In this document: positions 1-9,066 of the stretch, piece by piece
Position numbering within the stretch: position 1 is the stretch's first letter
How the letters are laid out: each line of letters begins with the position of its first letter
NCBI GenBank assembly: GCA_023140775.1
Contig: JAGLLA010000012.1
Location: 1 to 50,810, forward strand
Direction: 5' to 3'
Source of the DNA: Candidatus Parcubacteria bacterium
GTDB lineage: Bacteria; Patescibacteriota; Minisyncoccia; JAHIHE01; JAGLIN01
DNA: 50,810 nt
The notes under the pieces: model-generated
Seen by the model: the letters and a program-made list of their open reading frames with translations, nothing else
Database searches by the model: none
What the model was told of the DNA's origin: nothing
Position numbers and translations under genes: made by a program

Positions 1-1088
1 GAATTATACCCTAAAAAGATTAAAACTGCAAAAAATCCCATATAATCTCCATAGTCAATTGATAGCAGAGTATAACTTGAAGCAAAATACACCAAAGCAT
101 TAGAAATGATAAGCGTAAGATCGAAAGTATCTACTCTCTTCTTGTATAAAATATTATGCGATACAATTGCCACCGAATATATGACAAACCATAATGTTAA
201 AAATACTAAAGTTGAGAAGAGTTGATTTCCATCGTAATGTTGCAAAAACCAAATGATATAAAGAAAAATTGTCGCCAAAAATCCAAGCAGATTAAGTTTC
301 TGCCAATTGCGAAAGTATGAAATACCAAGTATACCGAGATTTAAAATAGTAATATAGCTAAAAAGCTCGATTTGATTATCGATGCCAGTAGAAAGCAAAA
401 GCGGTGTCAAGAAGCCACCCAGAATAGATAGAGCAGCTAAACTTATCTGCTCATAGCGAATAGCTAAAAAAGCTCCAATCGCCGTAATAATCACCATAGT
501 AATAAAAGCTGGTATTTGTTCAATTAACTGATAATAAGCAAAACTAGAATAAATTGATAAATACAGAACGGCAATACCTCCACCAGTTAAAGTGGCAGCA
601 TAGGCATTGAACTTTTGTCGCAAAAAATCACCAAGATAAATCAGAATCATACCAGATAAAATTCCAATCGCGACACGACCAGTTTCACCAATCCAATCAT
701 TTTCAAAAGCATATTTCAAGAAGAAGGCAATGCCAAAAACCAAAGCCAAGATACCAATCCTACCCAACCATTTCAAACCAATCTCTGCTTCAAAATTTTC
801 CCTTTTTTTCGGTGTTTCTATTTTCGAATCTCTGCCAATTGAGTTGAGACCTTCTTTCTTAACAGAAGATTTCATATATTTTTCTAATTCTTGTGGCGCG
901 ACAACTGGCAATTCACGCTTCAGCTTCGAAGAAGAAAGACTATTAGCATAAAATGAAAGTATTTCTTTTTTATTTTTCTCTTTGTCATTTATCTGTCGCT
1001 CCAAAGAAGAAACTTTTTCCGACAAAAGAACAACCGTCTTTGATATCTCATCAAGTCGATTGATGATTGGATCTTTTTCTTGTGACAT
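1..1088 (-). CDS. DUF2339-type polytopic membrane protein, N-terminal part (runs off the window at position 1)
   Basis: Not in the ORF track. Reverse-strand ATG at 1088..1086 opens a stop-free frame to position 1: MSQEKDPIINRLDEISKTVVLLSEKVSSLERQINDKEK..., then LKWLGRIGILALVFGIAFFLKYAFENDWIGETGRVAIGILSGMILIYLGDFLRQKFNAYA and further TM segments. This coiled-coil plus multi-TM layout is what I associate with DUF2339. Confidence 0.6.
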   Translation of the reverse strand, partial: MSQEKDPIINRLDEISKTVVLLSEKVSSLERQINDKEKNKKEILSFYANSLSSSKLKRELPVVAPQELEKYMKSSVKKEGLNSIGRDSKIETPKKRENFEAEIGLKWLGRIGILALVFGIAFFLKYAFENDWIGETGRVAIGILSGMILIYLGDFLRQKFNAYAATLTGGGIAVLYLSIYSSFAYYQLIEQIPAFITMVIITAIGAFLAIRYEQISLAALSILGGFLTPLLLSTGIDNQIELFSYITILNLGILGISYFRNWQKLNLLGFLATIFLYIIWFLQHYDGNQLFSTLVFLTLWFVIYSVAIVSHNILYKKRVDTFDLTLIISNALVYFASSYTLLSIDYGDYMGFFAVLIFLGYN

Positions 1089-1139
1089 AAATTTAAATTA
1101 TTTATTAAATTTTTATTACAATTATTGTTTATATCCATA

Positions 1140-1272
1140 TTATACCACAAATCACTGAAAAATCCGCACTGATTTTTCTGCTATAATAATAACCGCTAAA
1201 ATTAGCAGTCATTTTGTTTGTTCGGGTCCCGGGACGGCCTGCCAGCCCGAGGAGGGATATTGGAACCTTTTT
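1140..1272. repeat. Junction repeat, copy 1 (most divergent)
   Basis: Right arm attttgtttgttcgggtcccgggacggcctgccagcccgaggagggatattggaaccttttt aligns with copies 2 and 3. On the gene (-) strand a gtggTATAAT box lies upstream of the DUF2339 ATG. Confidence 0.7.
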
Positions 1273-1291
1273 AAGGCAGAATATGAATTAA

Positions 1292-1831
1292 CTACTTCCC
1301 TTCACCAAATATCGAGATAAATTTCCCCTCTTTACCTACTTTCATCACCTCTTCTGGTGAAAAAACCCTACCATTCATACAAATATAGATACCAGGTTTT
1401 AAATCTTGTATTTTTGCGATTGAATAGCCAATACTAAATGGTCCATCAGAAGGACTAAAACCAACAAGAGGAATCATAGATCCCATAATAATTATAGTCT
1501 GATCTTTTCTTTTAAGATTTGCCTTCAGAAATCTAGCAGTGTCTGGCATGGTATATGTACCGTGAGTAATTATTATTTTCTTATTTGAACTTTTTTCAAC
1601 AGTAATTAAGATTTTTTTTAAGTCTGACTCAATAATATCTCTACTGTCTTTCATGCAAATATTTGTAAATTCAACAGGATTATATAATTTTAAACTTTTA
1701 ATAAAATTAGGTATTATTGATTTTTCATTTGGGACAGCCGTGTCTTTCGATGAGTCATAATAAGAATCAATTGTTCCTCCAGTTATTACAAAATGGATAG
1801 TTTTTTCTGACATAATACTTATATTAATCAA
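1292..1831 (-). CDS. Asparaginase/glutaminase-family domain protein (short, N-terminal domain only)
   Basis: IHFVITGGTIDS (TGGTI-type motif) and IIITHGTYTMPDTA (HGTDT-like motif), followed by IIIMGSMIPL. Confidence 0.7.
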   Translation of the reverse strand: MINISIMSEKTIHFVITGGTIDSYYDSSKDTAVPNEKSIIPNFIKSLKLYNPVEFTNICMKDSRDIIESDLKKILITVEKSSNKKIIITHGTYTMPDTARFLKANLKRKDQTIIIMGSMIPLVGFSPSDGPFSIGYSIAKIQDLKPGIYICMNGRVFSPEEVMKVGKEGKFISIFGEGK

Positions 1832-1849
1832 TTATTATATATATCCTAC

Positions 1850-1978
1850 CACAAAAATCACAAAAGTTCCAAAGTCCCTCAAGGGTTATAAAAATAACCG
1901 CTATAATTAGCGGATATTTTGTTTGTTCGGGTCCTGGGACAGCCTGCCCGCCTTCGGAGGGATGTTGGAACCTTTTTT
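1850..1978. repeat. Junction repeat, copy 2
   Basis: Left arm agttccaaag..ggttataaaaataaccgctataattagcggatattttgtttgttc is shared with copies 3 and 4. The GC-rich right arm gggtcctgggacagcctgcccgccttcggagggatgttggaacctttttt is identical to copy 3. On the (-) strand there is a CCGCTA/TAGCGG hairpin plus TTATTTTT (1890..1913) and a tgtggTAGGAT -10-like box before the ATG at 1831. Confidence 0.8.
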
Positions 1979-1989
1979 ATAAATAACAG

Positions 1990-2607
1990 CTAATTTATCA
2001 CTGGTCGAACTACAAATCTTCTTCTATTAATGCATACAAAAACTACAACCATATTTAATACAAAAAGAACTGCAAGATATGTGACGGTTAATAAATTATA
2101 TTCTGCATTTGAGATTATTGCCAAACAATCGACGATTGCCATTATAATCCAAAATGAAAGTGTTTCACTCCAGGGATTTTTTAAAGACTTTCTAATCGTA
2201 GGAATATAACCCGCACCATCAATTGCTGAAACCATTAACAGGGCGAGTAGCGGATTTTCTAGTTGCCACCAAATTACAATGGCAAGCAATGCTAACGCAA
2301 GAACAATTTTATCAGTAATGGTTATATCCCTGGTTCCATATTTAAATGAAAGTAAAAATATAACGAATACAAGAATAGTCCCAATAATCAAACTGATGCT
2401 TCCAAATTTACCACCTCCATATAACAAAGCGACGGTAGCTGTTCCTTGGGTAATCACCCAGATTAACCAAGTATACAAATGAGGTTTCGTTTTTTTTGCA
2501 AAAATATCTCTGAAATATGGAATAAAACCAATAATAGTAAGCGAGGCTGCAACGATTGCAATAATGAGCTTATAATCCATACTCTTTATAATTAAAATAA
2601 TTATCAA
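1990..2607 (-). CDS. Polytopic membrane protein, unknown family (likely true start at the Met at 2580)
   Basis: About 6-7 hydrophobic helices (LIIAIVAASLTIIGFIPYF, LIWVITQGTATVALLY, ISLIIGTILVFVIFLL...). No family recognised. Confidence 0.55.
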   Translation of the reverse strand: MIIILIIKSMDYKLIIAIVAASLTIIGFIPYFRDIFAKKTKPHLYTWLIWVITQGTATVALLYGGGKFGSISLIIGTILVFVIFLLSFKYGTRDITITDKIVLALALLAIVIWWQLENPLLALLMVSAIDGAGYIPTIRKSLKNPWSETLSFWIIMAIVDCLAIISNAEYNLLTVTYLAVLFVLNMVVVFVCINRRRFVVRPVIN

Positions 2608-2659
2608 CTAAAAACTTTTTCAAAATTCTATTTATTATTCTATTATATCTATATCTTAA

Positions 2660-2787
2660 CACAGACAATAAGAAGTTCCAAAGCTTCTCAATGGTTATAA
2701 AAATAACCACTATAAATAGCGGATATTTTGTTTGTTCGGGTCCTGGGACAGCCTGCCCGCCTTCGGAGGGATGTTGGAACCTTTTTT
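2660..2787. repeat. Junction repeat, copy 3
   Basis: Same architecture as copy 2. By eye, gcggatattttgtttgttcggg...ggaacctttttt is base-for-base identical to copy 2. Confidence 0.8.
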
Positions 2788-2799
2788 AAAAAATAAAGA

Positions 2800-3279
2800 C
2801 TATTTTTCCTTCAGTTCGCTTTCCCAACTTCTTAACAAATCCAATATCTTATTCTCAAATTTAGGCAAATACTCAATTTCAATTTGTCGATTATTTTCTT
2901 TATTGACTTGAATGATATCTGTCGCTCCTTCGTAAAATCCTTTTTCAATCATTTCGCTGGTTTTTCTACAGCCAAATACGATTCTCTTAATCCCAGACCA
3001 ATTTGCTACACTAAAACACATTAGACATGGTTGTAAAGAAGCATATAAAGTCGCACCAGTTAAATCTGCTGTTTGTGATTTTCTAGATGCCTCTCTTATA
3101 GAAGTTGTTTCAGCATGACCGGTAGGATCATTGAGCTTAGAGCCCAAGCTAACACCCTTAGCAATAATTTTTCTATTTTGAACTATAACAGAACCTGCGG
3201 GAAAACCGCCTTGCTCAACAGATTTTTTAGCCTGTTCAAGTGCTAACTCCAAAAATTGTTCGTCTTCTGATAAAAACAT
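2800..3279 (-). CDS. CMP/dCMP-type zinc deaminase (nucleoside, guanine or tRNA-adenosine deaminase-like)
   Basis: Zinc-ligand motifs GHAETTSIREA (HAE) and LQPCLMCFSV (PCxxC) at canonical spacing. Confidence 0.8.
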   Translation of the reverse strand: MFLSEDEQFLELALEQAKKSVEQGGFPAGSVIVQNRKIIAKGVSLGSKLNDPTGHAETTSIREASRKSQTADLTGATLYASLQPCLMCFSVANWSGIKRIVFGCRKTSEMIEKGFYEGATDIIQVNKENNRQIEIEYLPKFENKILDLLRSWESELKEK

Positions 3280-3319
3280 GTTGCTTATTAAATATTTTAA
3301 TTATCATAACTACATCTTA

Positions 3320-3399
3320 TCACAAATAACGAAAAAGTTCCAAAGTTTCTCAAGGGTTATAAAAATAATCACTATAAATAGCGGATATTTTGTTTGTTC
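3320..3399. repeat. Junction repeat, copy 4, left arm only (truncated at 3399)
   Basis: aagttccaaagtttctcaagggttataaaaataatcactataaatagcggatattttgtttgttc matches copies 2 and 3. Homology then stops abruptly and is replaced by cctctcacggtctagaacc. Confidence 0.75.
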
Positions 3400-3611
3400 C
3401 CTCTCACGGTCTAGAACCAAAGTGAATCAATCAGTGTAAGGGCTTTCTGACTCTTTTATGACGATAAAAATGACGCGTCTCGGTCGGGGTATAAAAGTGA
3501 GAAATGAGACAAATGGGACAGTATAAAAAGAGAATGTTTTTTGTGTCTGAATCCATAATTTTAAATAGTACAATAAGTTTTAAATTGAATGATAATAAAA
3601 AAGGAACCGCT

Positions 3612-4442
3612 TTATCTGTTTTTTAATTTAAAACAATTAAATTTCGTAACAATTGTAGTTCTACTCTTCTCACTATAAAGCAGGCCTAAAGATATTTCTT
3701 TTTCATTATTATAATATAAATTATCATTTACTTGGAATATATAAGGATTTTTTCTTGCAGTAGCTTGTCCGCTATTTTTATTTTCTTCAGGATAATATCT
3801 AAAATTTAAAGAAATATTTACAACATTCGAATTATTCATCATGCTTTGAATAATCTCAATTTCAACAGGTTCATCGAACCTAATCCTATTCGCTAATTCT
3901 ATTGGCCCAACAAAATCACTATTCGCTTCTGATATAAAATTATCTCCTTGCTTTAAATAAAAATGAGTATTATTTCCATCTCCTAAAATTATTTTATAAG
4001 AATTTCCGATATAAACAACAAAATTTATTTCCTTTTTTTCATTTAAAATTGGTACAAAATTAACGACCATATGAAAATTATTGGTTGTCTTTTGATTAAA
4101 TGTCATTTTTGGCCCCCAATCATTTTCAGGATTATAAGCAAAGACTTGACTATCTCTTTTCCACCAATCATCGATAGTCCACTTCTCAATATTAAGAAAA
4201 TCACTATCGCACTCTTTTGATTCTACATTTTTTTCTATTTCATTAGATTTATTTATTTCAACATGCGATTCTTTACTAATATTATCGTTTATATTTATTA
4301 AAATTTGATAAAATGCTCCAGCTTTAAAAATAATTGCCATAAAAGCAAAGATAGTCAGGCCTATAAGTAGATACCTATAAAAAGCATTATTTTCAAATTT
4401 TTCTAATGTCTTATTTTTTTTCTTTTTATTCTTATTCATCAA
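3612..4442 (-). CDS. Hypothetical membrane-anchored protein
   Basis: Long ORF with a basic N-terminus and one TM helix (YLLIGLTIFAFMAIIFKAGAF). It overlaps the upstream ORF by 11 nt (operon-like). Confidence 0.5.
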   Translation of the reverse strand: MMNKNKKKKNKTLEKFENNAFYRYLLIGLTIFAFMAIIFKAGAFYQILININDNISKESHVEINKSNEIEKNVESKECDSDFLNIEKWTIDDWWKRDSQVFAYNPENDWGPKMTFNQKTTNNFHMVVNFVPILNEKKEINFVVYIGNSYKIILGDGNNTHFYLKQGDNFISEANSDFVGPIELANRIRFDEPVEIEIIQSMMNNSNVVNISLNFRYYPEENKNSGQATARKNPYIFQVNDNLYYNNEKEISLGLLYSEKSRTTIVTKFNCFKLKNR

Positions 4443-5526
4443 AATTAAAAATACTATTTATATCCTCATTGGAACTATAAAAATTATCGATTTCTATATC
4501 TCCGCTATTTCCATAAACCGTGAAACCTGAAGAATCAAAGGGCCTACTTATGTGACTATAATCAATATAAGAAATCAATAAATTATCTTCTGAAGTTTTC
4601 TCGCCATCAGAAACAAATACTCTATAAACATCTTGAGTTCGAGTTATTTTTATTTGATAAGTTTCATTTTGTTCAAAAATAAAATTATTTCTTGCTAAAA
4701 CATTGCTTGTCTTTAAAATTACATCTTTGTTTGTGCCATCACCGAAAAAGATATTTAAACCCCTTTCTAATAAATAAGAATTAAGAACAACTGTTTCTGA
4801 TTTTGGAGTCAAATCATATTGCACAAAAAAATCACCTCTTAATTTTCTTATAAAAAACAATGAAGACTTTTTACAATTTTCACTTTCATTAAAAACTATC
4901 TTGTTTGTAATTAGTTTTCCATTTTCCATTTTCCAATTGTCATAACATGTTTTTGCTTCTTCAGTCATCCCCCAAAATTTCGACTCGTCAAGAGAAACAG
5001 AAAAATCATCATAAAACACTAGTATAAAATTATATTTTTCAGAAATTTCTTCACCCCCAAGTTTATAGTCAACTTTCAAAGAATGACTTTCTGGATTTAG
5101 TGTATATGGAAATTCAAATTTTACTCTTTCCTCGTTATTTTTACCTACATTAGCATTTGAAAATCTACTGCTTAGCAAATCTTCTTCTGATTCATCAAAA
5201 TAAATTTTCATATCTTGAATCTTTTTGTTTTTTGAGATAATAAATTCAGGTTGCAATGTCTTTGACTTTATCAAAACTATTTCTTTTTTTTCAAAAACTT
5301 CTTTATTTAATTGTTCTAACTTCCCATCGCTTTGTACATAAACTGAGACTGAACTATCTTCTCTTGTAGAGCTATTATCTTGAGTCTCAACCTTTATGCT
5401 CTCACTCTCCTTATTTTTTGGATCGTCTATATTAACATCCTCGCTTTTATAAAAAAATAAGTTCATTAAAGCTATCGCCAGTAATAAAAAAATAATCGTA
5501 AGAAAAAATTTAAATATTTTATTCAT
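4432..5526 (-). CDS. Hypothetical secreted or membrane-anchored protein
   Basis: N-terminal signal/anchor MNKIFKFFLTIIFLLLAIALMNLFF; 364-aa ORF, no recognised domain. Confidence 0.5.
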   Translation of the reverse strand: MNKIFKFFLTIIFLLLAIALMNLFFYKSEDVNIDDPKNKESESIKVETQDNSSTREDSSVSVYVQSDGKLEQLNKEVFEKKEIVLIKSKTLQPEFIISKNKKIQDMKIYFDESEEDLLSSRFSNANVGKNNEERVKFEFPYTLNPESHSLKVDYKLGGEEISEKYNFILVFYDDFSVSLDESKFWGMTEEAKTCYDNWKMENGKLITNKIVFNESENCKKSSLFFIRKLRGDFFVQYDLTPKSETVVLNSYLLERGLNIFFGDGTNKDVILKTSNVLARNNFIFEQNETYQIKITRTQDVYRVFVSDGEKTSEDNLLISYIDYSHISRPFDSSGFTVYGNSGDIEIDNFYSSNEDINSIFNFDE

Positions 5527-5688
5527 AGTAAATTGTTAGTAATTTTTTATATTTTCCTTGCAGTTATAAATTGCAATATTATATAGGAATAATTTTTTAT
5601 GATTAGCCATTAATATTCCCAATTAGCGCAATAGATATAAATCATAGTTTCCTCTTTCAAACTATATTTTTATATTAGCACAAGTCCT

Positions 5689-6327
5689 CTATTTTTTAAA
5701 AGCAGTTAAATAATCCCAAATCTTATAATTCTTCAAAGTTGTTTTGGGGTCTTGAAACTCGTACCAATCTTGAGAACTATATGTATTTTTTCCAACTCGC
5801 ACAGTTCGAGATTTTACAAGATTTTTTGGTGGCAAAGTACCAATATTGTCTTTAATAATAAATACTTTAAATCCAGTATCAGGTATAGTTCTAGACTTAA
5901 GAATCCCCTGTCTTTCAAGCTTGCGAACGGTTGGAGATTTCAATTTGAAATACGATTCAAATTCCCACATTGCATACCAAAGTTTATCATTATAACAAAT
6001 TTTACCAGGAACCATTTTTCTATTTACTGCATTTTGACACGCAAGACATTTGATTCCCCATTTATCATACCAAAGCTGTTCATCTTTGATATGACTGTGA
6101 CAAATACCACAATTATAAGAGTTACCATCCATCAATGAATAACCCTTTGGAAATTCCTTTAATTTTTCTTTTCTTTTTATATCTCTAACTTCACAATCAT
6201 AAAGAAGCTTAAAAAAACCAACTAACCGTTCACCTGATTCAGCAGCTTCATCGTAAGAAATTTCTTTTCCATATTCTTTCTTGAAAATTTCTTGGAATTC
6301 TTTAATTGATTTATCACTTAAAGACAT
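5689..6327 (-). CDS. Hypothetical protein with a CxxC...CxxC zinc-ribbon-like centre
   Basis: NCGICHSH...IKCLACQN. Sits next to the repressor gene on the same strand. Confidence 0.45.
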   Translation of the reverse strand: MSLSDKSIKEFQEIFKKEYGKEISYDEAAESGERLVGFFKLLYDCEVRDIKRKEKLKEFPKGYSLMDGNSYNCGICHSHIKDEQLWYDKWGIKCLACQNAVNRKMVPGKICYNDKLWYAMWEFESYFKLKSPTVRKLERQGILKSRTIPDTGFKVFIIKDNIGTLPPKNLVKSRTVRVGKNTYSSQDWYEFQDPKTTLKNYKIWDYLTAFKK

Positions 6328-6341
6328 GCTATTTTATAACT

Positions 6342-6980
6342 TTATTTTTTAATAACTTTCAATACAACCCCATTAATTAAATAATTGGGAGTTTTTATAT
6401 CATCTTCATGTAAAACAATCGGTGGAATATTTAGATTAGATTCTGAAACTAATCTTATCTCCTTATTTGTTCTATAATATCTTTTAAGATTAGCTGCTTC
6501 ATCAATTATTGATAAAACATAATCACCATTTTTTGGATTTCTATTTTTTCCATCTATTACAATGTAATCCCCGTTTTCAACTGGTCCACCGTTAAGATTC
6601 TTTGCTTGATTTAATGAATCACCTATAGCTCTTACAATAAATAAACCATCTATATTTTTCTTTCCTACAATTCCAGCTGATACTTTTAGATACCCTTCAA
6701 TGTTTTCATAAGCAAATACATTCGCCTCTCCGCAATTAGCTGATCCCAAAATTGGTATATTCAATATTTTTGCTATTTTATACCCCCTTGGTTCTGCAAT
6801 TATTATCTTTTTCGTTTTTAAATCAGTATAAATTAAACCCTTCTTTTTTAACTGCTCAAAATGATGCTTAACTATTTGTGGATGTTCTACATCTAATAAT
6901 CTTGCTAGTTCTCTCAGACCAGTATTTGAAATATCTTTCTTTTCTGCTAATTTTAATATTTTTTCCTGTACTTGATGCAT
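6342..6980 (-). CDS. LexA/CI-like repressor (winged-helix N-terminus plus S24 self-cleaving peptidase domain)
   Basis: N-terminal wHTH (LRELARLLDVEHPQIVKHHFEQLKKKGLI); C-terminal S24 signature AIGDSLNQ (GDSM-like Ser) ... NGDYIVID ... AANLKRYY (catalytic Lys). Confidence 0.75.
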   Translation of the reverse strand: MHQVQEKILKLAEKKDISNTGLRELARLLDVEHPQIVKHHFEQLKKKGLIYTDLKTKKIIIAEPRGYKIAKILNIPILGSANCGEANVFAYENIEGYLKVSAGIVGKKNIDGLFIVRAIGDSLNQAKNLNGGPVENGDYIVIDGKNRNPKNGDYVLSIIDEAANLKRYYRTNKEIRLVSESNLNIPPIVLHEDDIKTPNYLINGVVLKVIKK

Positions 6981-7040
6981 AATTTTAAGTTGATATATTA
7001 TATTCTTTTATACTTGTATATTATTATAATTTACAATGTT

Positions 7041-7079
7041 TGTCAAGTTTCTGTCAAGTTCTATTTTACACTCTTGACA
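7041..7079. promoter_or_regulatory. Candidate operator/promoter cluster in the divergent repressor intergenic region
   Basis: TGTCAAG at 7041-7047 and 7052-7058, and its complement CTTGACA at 7073-7079 (which also reads as a TTGACA -35 box for the + strand genes). Confidence 0.4.
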
Positions 7080-7132
7080 CTATTTTTATAACATGCTACC
7101 TTTAAATTAGATTTATCTTTAACAGTAAATAT

Positions 7133-7375
7133 ATGCCTAATTACCATGTAGTCAAAAATAATAATGACAAGATATGGGAGGTTAAAAAAGAAAATGCTGA
7201 CAGAATTAGCGCTAAAGCTAATACCCAAAAGGAAGCAGAAACTTTAGCAAAACAGTTTTGTAGCAATGCTGGTGGTGGAGAAGTTAGAATTCACAAACCT
7301 ACTGGTCCAATTCGAGATAGCGATACAGTGGCTCCAGGGAATGACCCTTATCCACCAAAAGACTTAAAACATTAA
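7133..7375 (+). CDS. DUF2188-like small protein
   Basis: YHVVKNNNDKIWEVKKENADRISAKANTQKEAETLAKQF...GGEVRIHKPTGPIRDSDT matches the DUF2188 pattern as I remember it. Confidence 0.6.
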   Translation: MPNYHVVKNNNDKIWEVKKENADRISAKANTQKEAETLAKQFCSNAGGGEVRIHKPTGPIRDSDTVAPGNDPYPPKDLKH

Positions 7376-7383
7376 ATAAGATT

Positions 7384-7650
7384 ATGGGAAAATGGAAACC
7401 AACAACTTTTAAAGATAACGGATATAAAGATATGCATTGTTGTAATTGTGGAAAACGTTTATATTTCGAATCTAGACTTATTGACAAAACATCAATTAAA
7501 AAGAAATGCAAAGAATGTAAAACAACAAACGCTATTCACCCTCCCAAGAAAGCAACTGTCAACGGCAACCCAGTTATCATGTTTAGAGATTATATTGATG
7601 GTCGCAACCCAATGGAATGTACTTTCACTGCAGATCAAACTCAAGAATAG
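7384..7650 (+). CDS. Small zinc-ribbon protein
   Basis: CCNCGK...CKECK four-Cys arrangement. Starts 9 nt after the DUF2188 stop. Confidence 0.45.
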   Translation: MGKWKPTTFKDNGYKDMHCCNCGKRLYFESRLIDKTSIKKKCKECKTTNAIHPPKKATVNGNPVIMFRDYIDGRNPMECTFTADQTQE

Positions 7651-7700
7651 AACTTTTACAATCTAACTAGGACATAGAGTAGTTTTTTAAACTAACAAGG

Positions 7701-7751
7701 AGCCTAATATGAATCAAATTTAACAATTTGGTCTATATTAGGCTTTTTTTA
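7701..7751 (+). terminator. Hairpin plus T-tract terminator
   Basis: AGCCTAATAT (7701-7710) pairs with ATATTAGGCT (7735-7744), followed by TTTTTTT (7745-7751). The loop is long (24 nt). Confidence 0.45.
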
Positions 7752-7776
7752 TTTATTAATTATTAACATTAAACAA

Positions 7777-9066
7777 ATGATAATCAAAAAAGAAGATGTA
7801 GGGAAACTAAAAGTTTTTTATGTTCCCCTCTCGGAACTGAATCCTGCTCCATATAATCCGAGAAAATGGAGCGAAGAAGCAATTAAAAAATTAACTGAGA
7901 GCATTAAGAGATTTGGGATGATAGACCCTGTAATCTGCAACTCAGCACCAAAAAGAAAAAATATCGTAATTGGAGGTCACTTTAGATTGAAGATTGCAAA
8001 AGACCTTGGGTTTAAAGAAGTGCCTGTTGTTTATATCAAGATGCTAAATATTGAAAAAGAGAAAGAACTGAACCTAAGATTAAATTCTAATGTTGGAGAG
8101 TGGGATTTTAACCTTCTTAAGGAATTTGATATTGAGATGCTACTCGATGTTGGATTCGATGATACCGACCTAAGCAATATTTGGGATGAACAATTAGAAA
8201 TTGAAGATGATAATTTCGATATTGAAAAAGAAATCGAAAAAGCAAAAAACACGAACATTAAGACTGGAGACCTGTTTCAGTTAGGAAGTCATTTTCTAAT
8301 TTGCGGAGATAGTCATCAAAAAGAAACCTTGGATAGATTAATGAAAAACAAAAAGGCAACAACAATCTCCAACGATCCGATTTTTAATATTAATGTAAAT
8401 TATAACAAAGGGATTGGTGGCAAGGCTAATTATGGTGGAGATATTAATGACAACAAAAGTGATTCTGAGTATAAAGAGTTTCTAAAACAAGGAATTGAAA
8501 ATTCCCTAAGACACGTAGAGAAAAACTGTCACATATTTACTTGGTGTGATCAAAGATACATTTGGCTTTTACAAACCTTGTATCAGGAATTCAAAATTAA
8601 GAATGAAAGAGTATGTTTTTGGGTAAAAAACGGATTCAACCCCACTCCCAATGTTGCCTTTAATAAACTAACAGAGACTTGTGTATATGGAACGATTGGA
8701 AGACCTTATCTATCCCCCTCCTCTACCAAAGCGTGTGAAATATTAAATAAAGAAATCGGCACGGGCAACAGAACGATTGATGACATCCTAGATATTATAG
8801 ATATTTGGTTAGCGAAAAGAGATGCTGGCACAGAATATTCTCACAGTACACAAAAACCTCTCTCGCTTCATGAAAAACCTCTAAGACGATGTACTAAACC
8901 CGGAGATATAGTTCTAGATATTTATGGAGGATCGGGATCAACGCTTCTATCTTGTGAACAACTAAAACGAATCTGTTATACGTCGGAGATAAATCCTATT
9001 TTTGTACAACTAATCATTAACCGCTATGAAACATATGCAAACAAAAAAGCAAAAAAACTTAATTAA
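7777..9066 (+). CDS. ParB-like nuclease domain fused to an N4/N6 (beta-class) DNA methyltransferase
   Basis: N-terminus LNPAPYNPRKW...GGHFRLKIAKDLG (ParB/Srx fold); C-terminus STQKPLSLHEKPLRRCTKPGDIVLDIYGGSGSTL (AdoMet motif I after the catalytic region). Catalytic tetrad reads DPIF. Confidence 0.8.
   Translation: MIIKKEDVGKLKVFYVPLSELNPAPYNPRKWSEEAIKKLTESIKRFGMIDPVICNSAPKRKNIVIGGHFRLKIAKDLGFKEVPVVYIKMLNIEKEKELNLRLNSNVGEWDFNLLKEFDIEMLLDVGFDDTDLSNIWDEQLEIEDDNFDIEKEIEKAKNTNIKTGDLFQLGSHFLICGDSHQKETLDRLMKNKKATTISNDPIFNINVNYNKGIGGKANYGGDINDNKSDSEYKEFLKQGIENSLRHVEKNCHIFTWCDQRYIWLLQTLYQEFKIKNERVCFWVKNGFNPTPNVAFNKLTETCVYGTIGRPYLSPSSTKACEILNKEIGTGNRTIDDILDIIDIWLAKRDAGTEYSHSTQKPLSLHEKPLRRCTKPGDIVLDIYGGSGSTLLSCEQLKRICYTSEINPIFVQLIINRYETYANKKAKKLN

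Noticed and set aside
730-951. Antisense shadow ORFs: 730..951, 2279..2482, 5752..6138, 8031..8258, 10398..10970, 14301..14698, 16433..16771, 21889..25812 (+ strand set), 26932..27810, 33008..33895, 38624..39007, 40477..41693, 44773..45111 and similar
   Set aside because: Each lies inside, and opposite to, a longer ORF with clear family motifs. The translated sequences are low-complexity (S/F/L/I-rich), typical of antisense frames in AT-rich DNA.
1140-3399. Integron cassette array with attC sites
   Set aside because: No tyrosine (IntI-type) integrase lies nearby, and the repeats lack RYYYAAC / GTTRRRY core sites. The closest strings (aaataac, gttggaa) break the consensus.
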